Source of the DNA: a virus
Length of the DNA stretch: 64,000 bases
Virus record (IMG/VR): IMGVR_UViG_3300040770_000162
Direction: 5' to 3' (one strand)
In this document: one piece after another, positions 21,601 to 31,951 of the stretch
Position numbering within the stretch: position 1 is the stretch's first letter
How the letters are laid out: each line of letters starts with the position of its first letter
Program-made: the position numbers and the translations under genes
The notes under the pieces: generated by a model
Told to the model about the DNA's origin: nothing
Database searches by the model: none
What the model saw: the letters and a program-made list of their open reading frames with translations, nothing else

Positions 21601-22770
21601 GAACCATTTACAGAAAAAGAATTAAAAGCTGTTGCACCACCTGTAAAAGGAGTTTATTTTCAAACAATAGATGGTGTACCAACATTTCTTAAATATTCAC
21701 AAGCTGTATTAAGTCCTAGATTACGTAAAGGTAATAATCTTGAAAAGATTTATAATAAGATGGTTGCTCAAAATATTGATGAGTTAGTTACGTTTGACGC
21801 AATTAAAGTAGGTTCTAACAAACCGACTAAAATTCACGATGATAATGGTCAACTTTTAGATAATTTTGAATTTACACCGTTTACAATACCTTCTAGTGGT
21901 TGGAAATTACAACAAGATTTACCTGTTAAATTAATGCACGATACTGATGTGGGTTCTCAAATTCAGAAAAACATATTTCAAGGTTTAGCATTTAATTTAG
22001 ATAAAATGTTTGATTTAGATAATAGTGAAGTTGAGGGTAATCAAATAGTAGAAAATATTGCTAACACAATTGGTGAATTATCTAATAGAGGTTATGAATC
22101 ATTATTAAAAGAATTTAATATTGCACCTAACGGAACTATTACAAATGTTGAAGGATTTTATAATTCTATTATTGCAGAATTAAAATCAACAGGTGGTTCT
22201 CAAAATGTAATTGATGCTTTAGAATCAGAAATGAGTATCTACGGTGTTGCTCAAGCTAAAGAAAAACTTGAAAACATATTTAGTTCTATATTTACTAAAA
22301 GAATGCTTAAAATCAAAACTAATGGTGGTTCATTTATTCAAATGAGTAACTTTGGTTTTAATAAAGATGAAGCTAACGAGCAAAATGTAATTTGGAATCC
22401 TAGGTCATTAAAAACTACACATCCACCACAATTCCTTAAAGATGAAAACGGTGAGTTTGTATTATCTGAAAATGGTAAAAAAATTATTAGACCTGGTGGT
22501 ATATTAATATCAGGTAGTTTTATTGCTAAATATATTCCAGATTATGCTACTAAATATACACCAGAACAATTATTTGGTTATACTGATGAAAATGGTAAAT
22601 TTATAGAAGGGGTTATTGATAGAAAGATTCTTGAAAATATTATTGGATATAGAATTCCTAATCAAGGTTTGTCATCTAATGATGCTTTAGAAATAGTAGG
22701 TATTCTTCCTGAAGAAAATGGAGATACTGTTGTAGCTTATACAGGTATTACTACTAAAACTGGCTCTGAT
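18667..22770 (+). CDS. virion RNA polymerase, exon 1 (crAss-like two-barrel RNAP)
   Basis: 1368 codons ending ...TGITTKTGSD. Joining to exon 2 creates DFDID. Size and giant-ORF context match crAss-like virion RNAPs (from memory). Confidence 0.65.
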
Positions 22771-23730
22771 AAAATATCACTGTTTGAGCCAGTATAAAAA
22801 ATAAAAATATTGTTAATTGCTGGAAACTCCTAAAGCTTTGTAAACTACAACGTAATTTGAAAAAATAAACGTGAATGTTAAAAATTACAAAGATGGCGAA
22901 TGGACAATCAGCAGCCGAGTTCCTTTAAAATGGAAAGGGTTCAACGACTAATACTTAACTTAAAGATTCCTATATGGATATCACAATCATACAATGAAAA
23001 CAAAATTTAACAAAGAATCAAGAAATTTGATTATTGGAATGTTATTAGGAGACGGAACAATTTCTAATAATTACGTGTTTAAACTTTCACACGGATACAA
23101 ACAAAAAGAATATTTAGAATGGAAAATAAACCTTCTAAATAAATATGGAATAAAAAATAACGGTTTGAAAGAATATATTTCAACTTGTGGTTATAATTTA
23201 GGTTCTATAGTTTATTATAGTCAAATGAGTGTTATACCATTTATGAAAGTTCTTAGAAGAGTTATTTATAAACCTATTAAAAATTACGCTAATCGTAAAA
23301 TCTTAAATAGATTAAATCCTTTAGGTATTGCGATTTGGTATATGGATGATGGTCATATTAATATTAGAAAAACTGATGATAAAATTCACGGTTTCTATAT
23401 TAAAATAGCTACTTGTTTATATAAAGAACAAAATCAAGTTATTATAGATTACTTTAAAGAAGTTTGGGATATATCTTTTTATCAATTTAAAGAAGGTAAG
23501 CCTGGAAAAAATACTTATTCGCTTTGTTGTGGTACACAAGAAGGTGTTAAGTTTATAGAATTAATTAAACCTTATGTAGAATCTTGTCCGTCGATGATAT
23601 ATAAAATTCAGTATGATTTAAGTCAACGTAAAAATTGCGTTGCGTAGAGATTAAAATCTCGAAACACAATACACTAGAAATAGTGAAGATATAGTCTGAT
23701 CTCATATGAAAGTATGAGTTAACACAAATG
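22771..23730 (+). mobile_element. group I intron (960 nt)
   Basis: Exon 1 ends in U and the intron ends in G. Guide GTTTGAGCC (22782-22790) pairs with exon GGCTCTGAT, with U.G at the splice site. GAAGATATAGTCTGA (23685-23699) resembles the conserved P7/S element. A terminal hairpin CTCATA/TATGAG is present. Splicing restores the reading frame. Confidence 0.75.
22994..23647 (+). CDS. LAGLIDADG homing endonuclease (intron-encoded)
   Basis: Two LAGLIDADG motifs: LIIGMLLGDGTIS and LGIAIWYMDDGHI. Confidence 0.8.
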   Translation: MKTKFNKESRNLIIGMLLGDGTISNNYVFKLSHGYKQKEYLEWKINLLNKYGIKNNGLKEYISTCGYNLGSIVYYSQMSVIPFMKVLRRVIYKPIKNYANRKILNRLNPLGIAIWYMDDGHINIRKTDDKIHGFYIKIATCLYKEQNQVIIDYFKEVWDISFYQFKEGKPGKNTYSLCCGTQEGVKFIELIKPYVESCPSMIYKIQYDLSQRKNCVA

Positions 23731-26037
23731 TTTGATATTGATAAAATGTACATGATGTTTGCATCATACAGATTAGAAAATGATAAATTAATATATGAAA
23801 CTTTTGATAATTCTAAACCTGAATCAGAACAATCTGAGGAAGCTTTACAAAATAGATTAGTAGAATTATATAAATCTGTTTTAATTAACGAAAATGTTAT
23901 TGGTGAAGTAATGACACCTGTAGATTTTACACACGTTAAAGATGATATAATGCATTTTGGTGATAAAACATCTAGTGGTAATTTATCTACATTTGATCCA
24001 TTAAAAGATATTGATACTAAATACGATTTCTTATCAGGTAAAGCAGGTGTAGGTCAACAAGCTAATTCATTAATGGATTATGTGTTAGGTAGTATGGGTA
24101 ATTTAAGTATTACTAATTTTAATGTACCTAAAAGTAATTTAAGATTTGATCAAGAATATTCTGCAAAATTATCTAATGAAGATTTAGAATATTATGCTAA
24201 ACAATTAGATTTAAATCCTAATGAAGTTAAACAATTAGAATTTATTAAAATTGGACATTCTTTATCTGCAATTCTTAACGCATTTGTGGACATCGCTAAA
24301 GATCCATACATTACTAGAGGTAATTGGGTTACAATGACAACTAATACAGGTAATTTATTATTACGTAAAGGTGTACATCCATTTTATGTAAATGCTTTTT
24401 TAGCACAACCTATTATTAAAGAATATGTAGCATTTTCATCACAATATGAAGTTTCTGCGGGTCAAAGTTTAAGTACTGCTGATGAATTTATTAAACAAAG
24501 ATTTGGTAAAGACGTTTATGAAAATAGAAATAATTCTAATATATTTAATGAAAGTTTACAAACATTAAGAAGTGCTAAATTTTTAAGTAATACATCTTCA
24601 CAAATGAATGTATTTGCTACTTTTTTACAATACCAAGCTGCATCTAAAGCGATGAAAAAGAATATTGATGCTTCTAAATTTATGGTGAATGGTGTTGGAG
24701 GTAGTGTAAATTCATTAATAATTTCTAAAAATGCTGTAGATTCTATATTAGATGAAGAAGATAAATACAATCAATTAGAAGATAAAACAGAGTTTAAGAA
24801 AAATATTATATTAGGTTTTAAATCTAAATTTACAAACCCTAATGGTTCTGAAAGTATGTTTAGTAAATATTATAACAATGTTATTTTAAAATCTGAACAA
24901 ATTGTCAAAAGTAACCCTAAATTATTTTTTACAGGAAACAGTGTTATTCAAGAAACCTTTAATGAAATTTCAACTGATGTGAATAATGAACTATTATTAG
25001 ATAATGATTTTGGTAAAGATTTAAACAGAATGTTTTATAGTTATGTTATGTCAGGATTTAATTCTTTAAACATGTCTAGTGTTGAAAGAAAAGAATTGAC
25101 TTTAAAATTTAGTAATGAATTTGAGGCTTTTAAATTAGCAAATAAAGGTAAATATGCTATTATTGACGAACTTAATGTAAAACAAGGTGATAGTTTAGAA
25201 TTTATAGGTTTAAATAATAGAAAGAAATCTAAAGATTACGAAAGAAAGTTAACTAAATCATTTTTAGATTTGTTAAATAATGAAGAAGATTTTACTAACA
25301 AACTTATTAAATATTCTTATTTAACATCTGGATTTAATAATCACACTAGTCAATTTTTTACTATGATACCTACACAATGGTTTAATAGAAATAATATTAA
25401 CAGATATATTATTGACAAGTCTAAAGAATATGATAAATTAAATTTAGAAAATGATGATAACTTTATTGATCAATTTTATTTATCTAACTTAGAAAATACT
25501 AAATTTGTTAGACCTATTTCTCAAAAACAGGTATTACCAAAATCTGGAAGTCTTGAAGGATTTGTAATAAAAAATCCTGGTAAAGTAGGTTATTTTAGAG
25601 TTGGTAAAGATCCACAAGGTATTAATCCTGATACATATTATAAACTTATTGGATATAATAAAGATTATCAAGGTATTTATACTAGATTTATTTACAACAT
25701 TAATGATGAACTAACTCAAATTAAACCACTTAATGTTAAAGATAAAAAAGGTAATAGAATTATTAATTATGATGTAAACGGTATTAACCTTAAACCATTA
25801 ACTGAAACAGCACCTAAACTTGTTGAAAGCATTAATAAAGTTAAATTAGCTAATTTATATTCTAATGTAGTTTATAACAGAAATGTGTTTTACAGAGAAA
25901 ACGTTATTATTAAAAAAGAAGATGATGTTAAGATTATAGAGACACCTAAAGAAATTACAACTGAAACTAAACTTATTGTTGAAGAAAATAATGATTGGAC
26001 TAAAGAAGATAATAATGATACTTGTGTACCATTTTAA
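23731..26037 (+). CDS. virion RNA polymerase, exon 2
   Basis: 768 codons starting FDIDKMY, in frame with exon 1 after splicing. The ORF-track ATG at 23728 is made of the last three intron nucleotides. Confidence 0.65.
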   Translation, partial: FDIDKMYMMFASYRLENDKLIYETFDNSKPESEQSEEALQNRLVELYKSVLINENVIGEVMTPVDFTHVKDDIMHFGDKTSSGNLSTFDPLKDIDTKYDFLSGKAGVGQQANSLMDYVLGSMGNLSITNFNVPKSNLRFDQEYSAKLSNEDLEYYAKQLDLNPNEVKQLEFIKIGHSLSAILNAFVDIAKDPYITRGNWVTMTTNTGNLLLRKGVHPFYVNAFLAQPIIKEYVAFSSQYEVSAGQSLSTADEFIKQRFGKDVYENRNNSNIFNESLQTLRSAKFLSNTSSQMNVFATFLQYQAASKAMKKNIDASKFMVNGVGGSVNSLIISKNAVDSILDEEDKYNQLEDKTEFKKNIILGFKSKFTNPNGSESMFSKYYNNVILKSEQIVKSNPKLFFTGNSVIQETFNEISTDVNNELLLDNDFGKDLNRMFYSYVMSGFNSLNMSSVERKELTLKFSNEFEAFKLANKGKYAIIDELNVKQGDSLEFIGLNNRKKSKDYERKLTKSFLDLLNNEEDFTNKLIKYSYLTSGFNNHTSQFFTMIPTQWFNRNNINRYIIDKSKEYDKLNLENDDNFIDQFYLSNLENTKFVRPISQKQVLPKSGSLEGFVIKNPGKVGYFRVGKDPQGINPDTYYKLIGYNKDYQGIYTRFIYNINDELTQIKPLNVKDKKGNRIINYDVNGINLKPLTETAPKLVESINKVKLANLYSNVVYNRNVFYRENVIIKKEDDVKIIETPKEITTETKLIVEENNDWTKEDNNDTCVPF

Positions 26038-26046
26038 TAAAAAAAT

Positions 26047-29000
26047 ATGAATTGTAAAGATAAAAAGAAATTTAAAACTGCTGAAGCATCAAGTAAAGCC
26101 TCCTTACGTACTAAGGGGGCTATCGATGCTTTTTTAAACATATTAGATGTTAATAAGTTTAATAAACTTAATAAAGAATGGACTGTAGATGCTGTAAAAA
26201 GATTTGATATTACAGGTAAATTGTTTTATAATGAAAACGATAAAGCTGTTGCTAATAAGGAAGCTTTTAAACAAATAGATAACGCTAAAGGTGTTAATTA
26301 TTCTATAAATGAAAATAAGAGTATTTCAAATTCAATTTTTGAAAGTGATAATAAACAAATAATTAAAAGTTTACAAAAATTTGCAAAAGATAAAAAAGTA
26401 AATTTAAATTTTGTTGATTTTAAGGATGAAAAAGGGTTTACAACTTATGGTAGTTATGATAAGAAAACAAACTCTGTAAATTTAAATGAAAACAATATAG
26501 ATTCTTCTACATTTTTACATGAAATATCACATCCATTTGTTACTTATTTAAATTCAAAAAATCCTGAATTATTTAATAAAGTTTATAAAGAAGCTAAAAA
26601 GTTATATCCTGAAATAAGTTCATTTTTAGATATTGAAGCTTACTCAAACATGCCAGAATCTTGGAAACAAGAAGAGTATATTGTTAGAGCAATTGAAAAA
26701 GAATATAAAATTAAAGATTTAAAAGTAAGACGTTCAATATTAAATAAATTTTTAGATTTTATTAAAGAACTGTTTGGTATTGAAAATAATATTAAAATAT
26801 CTGAAGATGCTACAATTAAAGATTTATATCAAATAATTCTTTCTAATAATGTAGTAAAGTTAGATGTTAAAATGACAGATAATATTGCACGAAGAGAACT
26901 TGAAAATATTGAAAATTATTTTGATATTAAAATTAGTAATACAAATGAAAAATTATTAGCATTAAGAGGTAAGTTATCTAATTTTAAAGATAATGTTAAA
27001 ATTGGAGATTTTCAAATTGATAACAGTGTTCTTGAAGAAGTTGGACCTTTAGAATATGAAGTAACTAAAGAAATTTACGATAATCAGTTATTTAATATTA
27101 CAGACGCTATTGATAATTTAGAAACTCAAATTGAAGCTTTAGAATCATTAAAAAAGCAGAATCAAATTCAAATTAGAAAAAATATAAAAGGTTATTATAA
27201 TATTAAACCTGAAATTGATAGAGTAAATTTTAACGATCTTATAGGGTCTAAAAAAAACGAAGTTACTTCTAATGAATCACAAGAAAATAGTGAAACTAAT
27301 TCTAATTTAGATACAAATCAAACAATGTTGTTTGGTACTAAATCATTAAAAGATTCTTTTACATCAACTGAAGTATTACAAAACATTATAAATTCTAATT
27401 TAGATTTATCTGCATCAACTATTAATTTAATTGACAAAGCTACGAAACTTTTAAGAAATTCTAAAACCAGAGTTAAAGTAATTAGTCAAGAACAATTTGA
27501 TAAAATGACTACAAATTCTGAAGGTGAAGGCACTGCAGTAATGGCTTACAATTACGATTTAGGAAGTGTTATTTATATGCCAGAAAGTACATTAAGTAAT
27601 TTTTCAAATCTAGATATTGTTAGTTCATTTTTACACGAAGTTGCTCACGAATTAAGTTTAAAAGCTATTTTAAATCCTGAAACAATGTCTGAAATAGCAT
27701 TTAACGAGTTTATTACAAAAGCTTTTGAGCAATACAAATATTTAGGTAAAGGTTTAAACAATAGTAATAGTTATGGTTTTACAAATATTCAAGAATTTGT
27801 AGCTGAATTATATTCTAATGATAAGTTTCAAAATGAAATTAAAAGTTTAGATAAGAATTTCTGGCAACGATTTATATCTGAACTTAGAAGATTGTTAGGT
27901 TTACCAAAGTCTTTAAGAAACGATAATTTAATTGACAGTATATTATTAATAGAAAAGGTTAATGATTTTATAAATGAAAATGACTCTCAACTTGAAAATT
28001 ATAAATTAGCGGGTTTAAAAAGTAGTAGAATTTTAGCAAAACGTATTGAAGATGATTCTCAATATAGTAGTTTAGAATCTAAAATTGATAACTTTATTGC
28101 TAAAGCTAAAAAAGCTATGCAATCCATTCAAGAACGTACTATTAAATCTAATAGAAAAAAGTCTACTGAATCTAAAGAAGAAAACATTAGACGTAATAAA
28201 GAACTGTTAGATACTTTAACTAAGTATGAAACTTCTCAAAAATGGAAAGCTGTTGTGGGTTATACACAATCTTTTAATAATACAATTAATCAAGTAAATG
28301 ACTTATTAGATAAACTTTTAAATACTAAAAATATTTATGAAGATCAATTAGAAAGTACTATTAAACGTTATAAAGATTATCTATCTGCATATGATTTACT
28401 TCCTGAAATTAAAGAGTTAATGAGTCAAGCAGATTTAAAATTGTTTGAATTAACTGATGAAGAAAAAGAAGATTATCAACAGTTAAAAGATTTTTTATCT
28501 AAAGCTAAAGAAAAACATGATGCTATTGAAAGTAAATTTTTAGCAATTAGTAAAGCTCAGGTATTACAAGATTTTAGTAATCCATTATTCAATACAGAAG
28601 TTGAAACTAAACAACGTGAATTTCTAATTAGAGAATACAATAGTTTATCTGATAAAGGTGGTTTAAGTGTAGAACAATATGTTTCTAAAATGTTAACTAC
28701 TAGAGATAAAGATGATTATGAAGTGGATTTAAAAGCATCTGCTGAAAAAATTCTTAATGATCCATCACAAGATATTAGTGGATTTTCTGCTAAATTAGAC
28801 GACCAGTTAAATACTAAAAGTAAACTTATTCAAGTTGTTAACCAAATGTTAGGTGCATCATTTGACGCTGTTAAAACATTAACAGTTACTAAAATTAAAG
28901 AAATGTCTAAAACTTTTGAAAAATTTATTAAAGAAAAAGGTAATGTTAAATTATCTGTACTTAATAAAAATTTAATTGAAAAAGATAGTGAAGGTAACGT

Positions 29001-31164
29001 TTATTTAAAAGGTAAATACAGTTTAGCATTTAAAGAAGCTTTTGACAACGAATTAAGACCTGTTTTAAACGCTAGGAGAGATTATTATGAGTCTTCTATA
29101 GAATTAGGTCTTGAAGAAGGGGATATTCTCTCTAGTGACAAATATAAAGCTTTTAATTATCAAATTAGTCAATGGTATAAAAAATATACCACTAAAGATT
29201 CAAAACGTAAAACAATACCTAAAGCTGAATATTTAAATAAACCTTTAACTGGTACTGAAAAAGAAATATTAGACGGCTATATTAAAATTAATCAAGACAA
29301 CAATGAAATTGAAGGTTTTGATTCATTAATTACTAATATTGCAGGAGCTGAGTTTCATAAATTACCATCTCAAAGTAAATCTGATTTAGAAAGAGCTTTA
29401 GAAGCTGATTTCAAAGGTATTACTAAAGATAAATGGAATGATTTAACTAAAATTAGAACTGACGATATCGGTATAGATAGTGGTAGTGAAGAAAAGAATA
29501 GTCAAGGTGATATTTTAAGACGTGTTAAAACTGCTTATAGAGGTAAAATAGACGCTAACGAACAATCTTTAGATTTAGAAACAATGTTTAGGAATGAATA
29601 TTGGAATGGTCAAAATGTTAAAGAAAAACTTAGACTTGAACCTAAACTATTAATGATTACTGATATAGCTAAAGATAAAGAATACTATACTGGTAAAAAT
29701 AAAGAAGTTGTTGCTGGTTTAAGCAATACTTATAACAGATTGGTAGGTTTAATGGAACGTAACGTTTATGATGTTATGAGTAAAAGTGGTGGTACATTTG
29801 CAGGTGCAGATATTAATAAAGTAACAAGTGCTTTAAACGGATATGCAGCAGGTTTAGCTATGACATTTAACTTAGCATCAGGTGTTACCAACGTTGCAAA
29901 TGGTTTAACCCAAGTATTAATTGAATCAGTAGGTGGTAATAGATTTAATACTAAAACATTTTTAAAAGCAGAAGCTAGATATACTAAAGAAATGATGAAT
30001 GGTAATTTACTTAAAAATATGAGTAAATCTGTTAAAACTTCTTACTTTAATCAACTTCTTGAAATGTTTGATGTAATGGGTGGTCTCGGTCAAAATGAAC
30101 AGGAAGCCTTACGTAACACTATTCTTAGAAAATTTGGAACTACTAAATCTGGTAATTTTTTAAATGAATCTGGTGAACATGCAATGCACGCAATACTTAC
30201 AGAATCTATATTAGATGGTATTAAAGCAATGGATGTTAATAACAACTACTTAGATAAAGATGGTAATGTAACTACTGAAAATAAAGGTGCTTCGTTAGCA
30301 GACATGTTGTATTTTGATAATAATGGTCAACTGCAAATGAATTCTAAAGTTGCATATTCAGGATTTAATTTAACTACTAAATATCACGAAGGTGGTAAAT
30401 CTCAAATTAATTTATTAATTAAACACAAAGTATTTGATTTATTTGGTGTTTATGATATTAAATATAAAAATGAATTATCTAAAGCTTGGTGGGGTAAATC
30501 TATAATGATGTTTAAAAACTTCTTTATGGGTGCAGCTAATTACAGATATACAGGATTTGCTACATCTTATAAAAAGAAATCCGATTTATCAGAAGACGAT
30601 AAATTTTATAACTCTGCTGAAAAAGAATATATTGAAGGTACATATACAACACTTGTTAGATTTTTAAGAGAAACGGGTGTTCCAAATTTAAAAAGTTTGC
30701 AAACAATGTATATGAACTGGAATAATCTTACAGAGTATGAAAAGTCTAATGTTAAAAAAGCAACTATGGAAATAATGCTAACTGCTGTAATATTACCTTC
30801 AATTGGTTTATTAATGGCTGGTATGGATGATGACGATGATGAAAGCAATTTACTGTGGTTTGCAATGTATGTAAATAGACGTTTAACACGAGAACTTGCA
30901 CAGTTTAGAAATCCAATTGAGGCTTCTAAAATGATTCAAAACCCTGTTGCAGGTATTAGATTTATTCAAAACGGATTAAATTTTATATATGATGTTGCAA
31001 CACCTATTAACTTTGCACCAGTTGAAAATGAATCAATATTTGGATATTTAGATGAAAATTCTAAAGGTGAAAACAAAATGAGTAAACACTTAACTAAACT
31101 TATACCAATTATTCCTCAAATGGGAGTAGATTATAGACAGAGGTTTGGGTTAGAATTTAAATAA
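26047..31164 (+). CDS. giant virion/ejected protein with two zincin-like HExxH modules and C-terminal TM segment
   Basis: 1705-aa ORF. HEISH at 26518-26532 and HEVAH at 27634-27648 sit in similar contexts (SSTFLHE / VSSFLHE). A hydrophobic helix and a DDDDDE run lie near the C-terminus. Confidence 0.6.
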   Translation: MNCKDKKKFKTAEASSKASLRTKGAIDAFLNILDVNKFNKLNKEWTVDAVKRFDITGKLFYNENDKAVANKEAFKQIDNAKGVNYSINENKSISNSIFESDNKQIIKSLQKFAKDKKVNLNFVDFKDEKGFTTYGSYDKKTNSVNLNENNIDSSTFLHEISHPFVTYLNSKNPELFNKVYKEAKKLYPEISSFLDIEAYSNMPESWKQEEYIVRAIEKEYKIKDLKVRRSILNKFLDFIKELFGIENNIKISEDATIKDLYQIILSNNVVKLDVKMTDNIARRELENIENYFDIKISNTNEKLLALRGKLSNFKDNVKIGDFQIDNSVLEEVGPLEYEVTKEIYDNQLFNITDAIDNLETQIEALESLKKQNQIQIRKNIKGYYNIKPEIDRVNFNDLIGSKKNEVTSNESQENSETNSNLDTNQTMLFGTKSLKDSFTSTEVLQNIINSNLDLSASTINLIDKATKLLRNSKTRVKVISQEQFDKMTTNSEGEGTAVMAYNYDLGSVIYMPESTLSNFSNLDIVSSFLHEVAHELSLKAILNPETMSEIAFNEFITKAFEQYKYLGKGLNNSNSYGFTNIQEFVAELYSNDKFQNEIKSLDKNFWQRFISELRRLLGLPKSLRNDNLIDSILLIEKVNDFINENDSQLENYKLAGLKSSRILAKRIEDDSQYSSLESKIDNFIAKAKKAMQSIQERTIKSNRKKSTESKEENIRRNKELLDTLTKYETSQKWKAVVGYTQSFNNTINQVNDLLDKLLNTKNIYEDQLESTIKRYKDYLSAYDLLPEIKELMSQADLKLFELTDEEKEDYQQLKDFLSKAKEKHDAIESKFLAISKAQVLQDFSNPLFNTEVETKQREFLIREYNSLSDKGGLSVEQYVSKMLTTRDKDDYEVDLKASAEKILNDPSQDISGFSAKLDDQLNTKSKLIQVVNQMLGASFDAVKTLTVTKIKEMSKTFEKFIKEKGNVKLSVLNKNLIEKDSEGNVYLKGKYSLAFKEAFDNELRPVLNARRDYYESSIELGLEEGDILSSDKYKAFNYQISQWYKKYTTKDSKRKTIPKAEYLNKPLTGTEKEILDGYIKINQDNNEIEGFDSLITNIAGAEFHKLPSQSKSDLERALEADFKGITKDKWNDLTKIRTDDIGIDSGSEEKNSQGDILRRVKTAYRGKIDANEQSLDLETMFRNEYWNGQNVKEKLRLEPKLLMITDIAKDKEYYTGKNKEVVAGLSNTYNRLVGLMERNVYDVMSKSGGTFAGADINKVTSALNGYAAGLAMTFNLASGVTNVANGLTQVLIESVGGNRFNTKTFLKAEARYTKEMMNGNLLKNMSKSVKTSYFNQLLEMFDVMGGLGQNEQEALRNTILRKFGTTKSGNFLNESGEHAMHAILTESILDGIKAMDVNNNYLDKDGNVTTENKGASLADMLYFDNNGQLQMNSKVAYSGFNLTTKYHEGGKSQINLLIKHKVFDLFGVYDIKYKNELSKAWWGKSIMMFKNFFMGAANYRYTGFATSYKKKSDLSEDDKFYNSAEKEYIEGTYTTLVRFLRETGVPNLKSLQTMYMNWNNLTEYEKSNVKKATMEIMLTAVILPSIGLLMAGMDDDDDESNLLWFAMYVNRRLTRELAQFRNPIEASKMIQNPVAGIRFIQNGLNFIYDVATPINFAPVENESIFGYLDENSKGENKMSKHLTKLIPIIPQMGVDYRQRFGLEFK

Positions 31165-31171
31165 TTAAAGG

Positions 31172-31229
31172 GTCTAAAAAAAAATAAAGGCGATGTAAAA
31201 CCGTAATTGGTAATACATCGCCTTTTTGT
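31172..31229. terminator. bidirectional rho-independent terminator between convergent modules
   Basis: 12-bp stem AAAGGCGATGTA / TACATCGCCTTT flanked by an A-run on the left and a T-run on the right, so it works on both strands. Confidence 0.8.
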
Positions 31230-31231
31230 GT

Positions 31232-31447
31232 TTATTCAATATTTATGTGAAACGTTTTTAATAATTTACCATTTTCATCAATTTCTAGTTCAACTTCTTC
31301 AATTATTCCATCATCGTAATAGTTATCAATTTCATCTTCTGATTCTAAATTCAATGATTTTAAAGCTTCTTTTTTAGTATTATTTAGTTCTACAGTATTT
31401 GAACCGTCTCCACAATCCCAAGCAGATAACCATAATTTTATTTTCAT
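31232..31447 (-). CDS. hypothetical acidic protein
   Basis: 71-aa ORF, last gene of the minus-strand module. Confidence 0.45.
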   Translation of the reverse strand: MKIKLWLSAWDCGDGSNTVELNNTKKEALKSLNLESEDEIDNYYDDGIIEEVELEIDENGKLLKTFHINIE

Positions 31448-31722
31448 TACTTATTAATTTTAGGTTTTTCAAAATATTTCATTGCAATATAATGCATACT
31501 AATACTACCAATAACAGCACCTACAATGTAAGCAACCATTAGTATCCAATTATCAAAATTAGTTACTACGTGTCTAATTACTAATAACCAAATACCATTT
31601 GATAATACTGAAGCAATTGTATGATAAGCTAAGTTATCACTATTCCTAGCTCTACTTACTAAAGTAAAGCTTGCATTTTGTAAGATAGTTAATCCTAACA
31701 TTATTAAAATTTCTGAAATCAT
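31447..31722 (-). CDS. small integral membrane protein
   Basis: 91 aa with three predicted hydrophobic helices. Confidence 0.5.
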   Translation of the reverse strand: MISEILIMLGLTILQNASFTLVSRARNSDNLAYHTIASVLSNGIWLLVIRHVVTNFDNWILMVAYIVGAVIGSISMHYIAMKYFEKPKINK

Positions 31723-31723
31723 A

Positions 31724-31951
31724 TTATTTAATCAATTTTAAACAAGTTAAAGCTTCATTACTTCTAATATTCTTATTAAAGAATTTACCTTTACTTTCAG
31801 CATTTTGCAATTTATTAAAAAATTGTTGTGAAACAGGTGTGTAAACATAAAGTTTACCTGATTTAAAACTTACTGTTAAATCTTTTCTGTCATTATTGTA
31901 ATCTAAACTTTTAATTACAGAACTTTTTGGTGTATTTATTATATTATTCAT
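31724..31951 (-). CDS. KTSC-domain protein
   Basis: LDYNNDRKDLTVSFKSGKLYVYTPVSQQFFNKLQNAESKGKFFNKNIR fits the KTSC domain pattern. Confidence 0.5.
   Translation of the reverse strand: MNNIINTPKSSVIKSLDYNNDRKDLTVSFKSGKLYVYTPVSQQFFNKLQNAESKGKFFNKNIRSNEALTCLKLIK

Noticed and set aside
23728-23730. ATG at 23728 as an independent start of a 769-aa gene
   Set aside because: The ATG is formed by the last three intron nucleotides. Treating it as a start would leave two truncated polymerase halves and split the DFDID motif. Splicing gives an in-frame junction with group I hallmarks.
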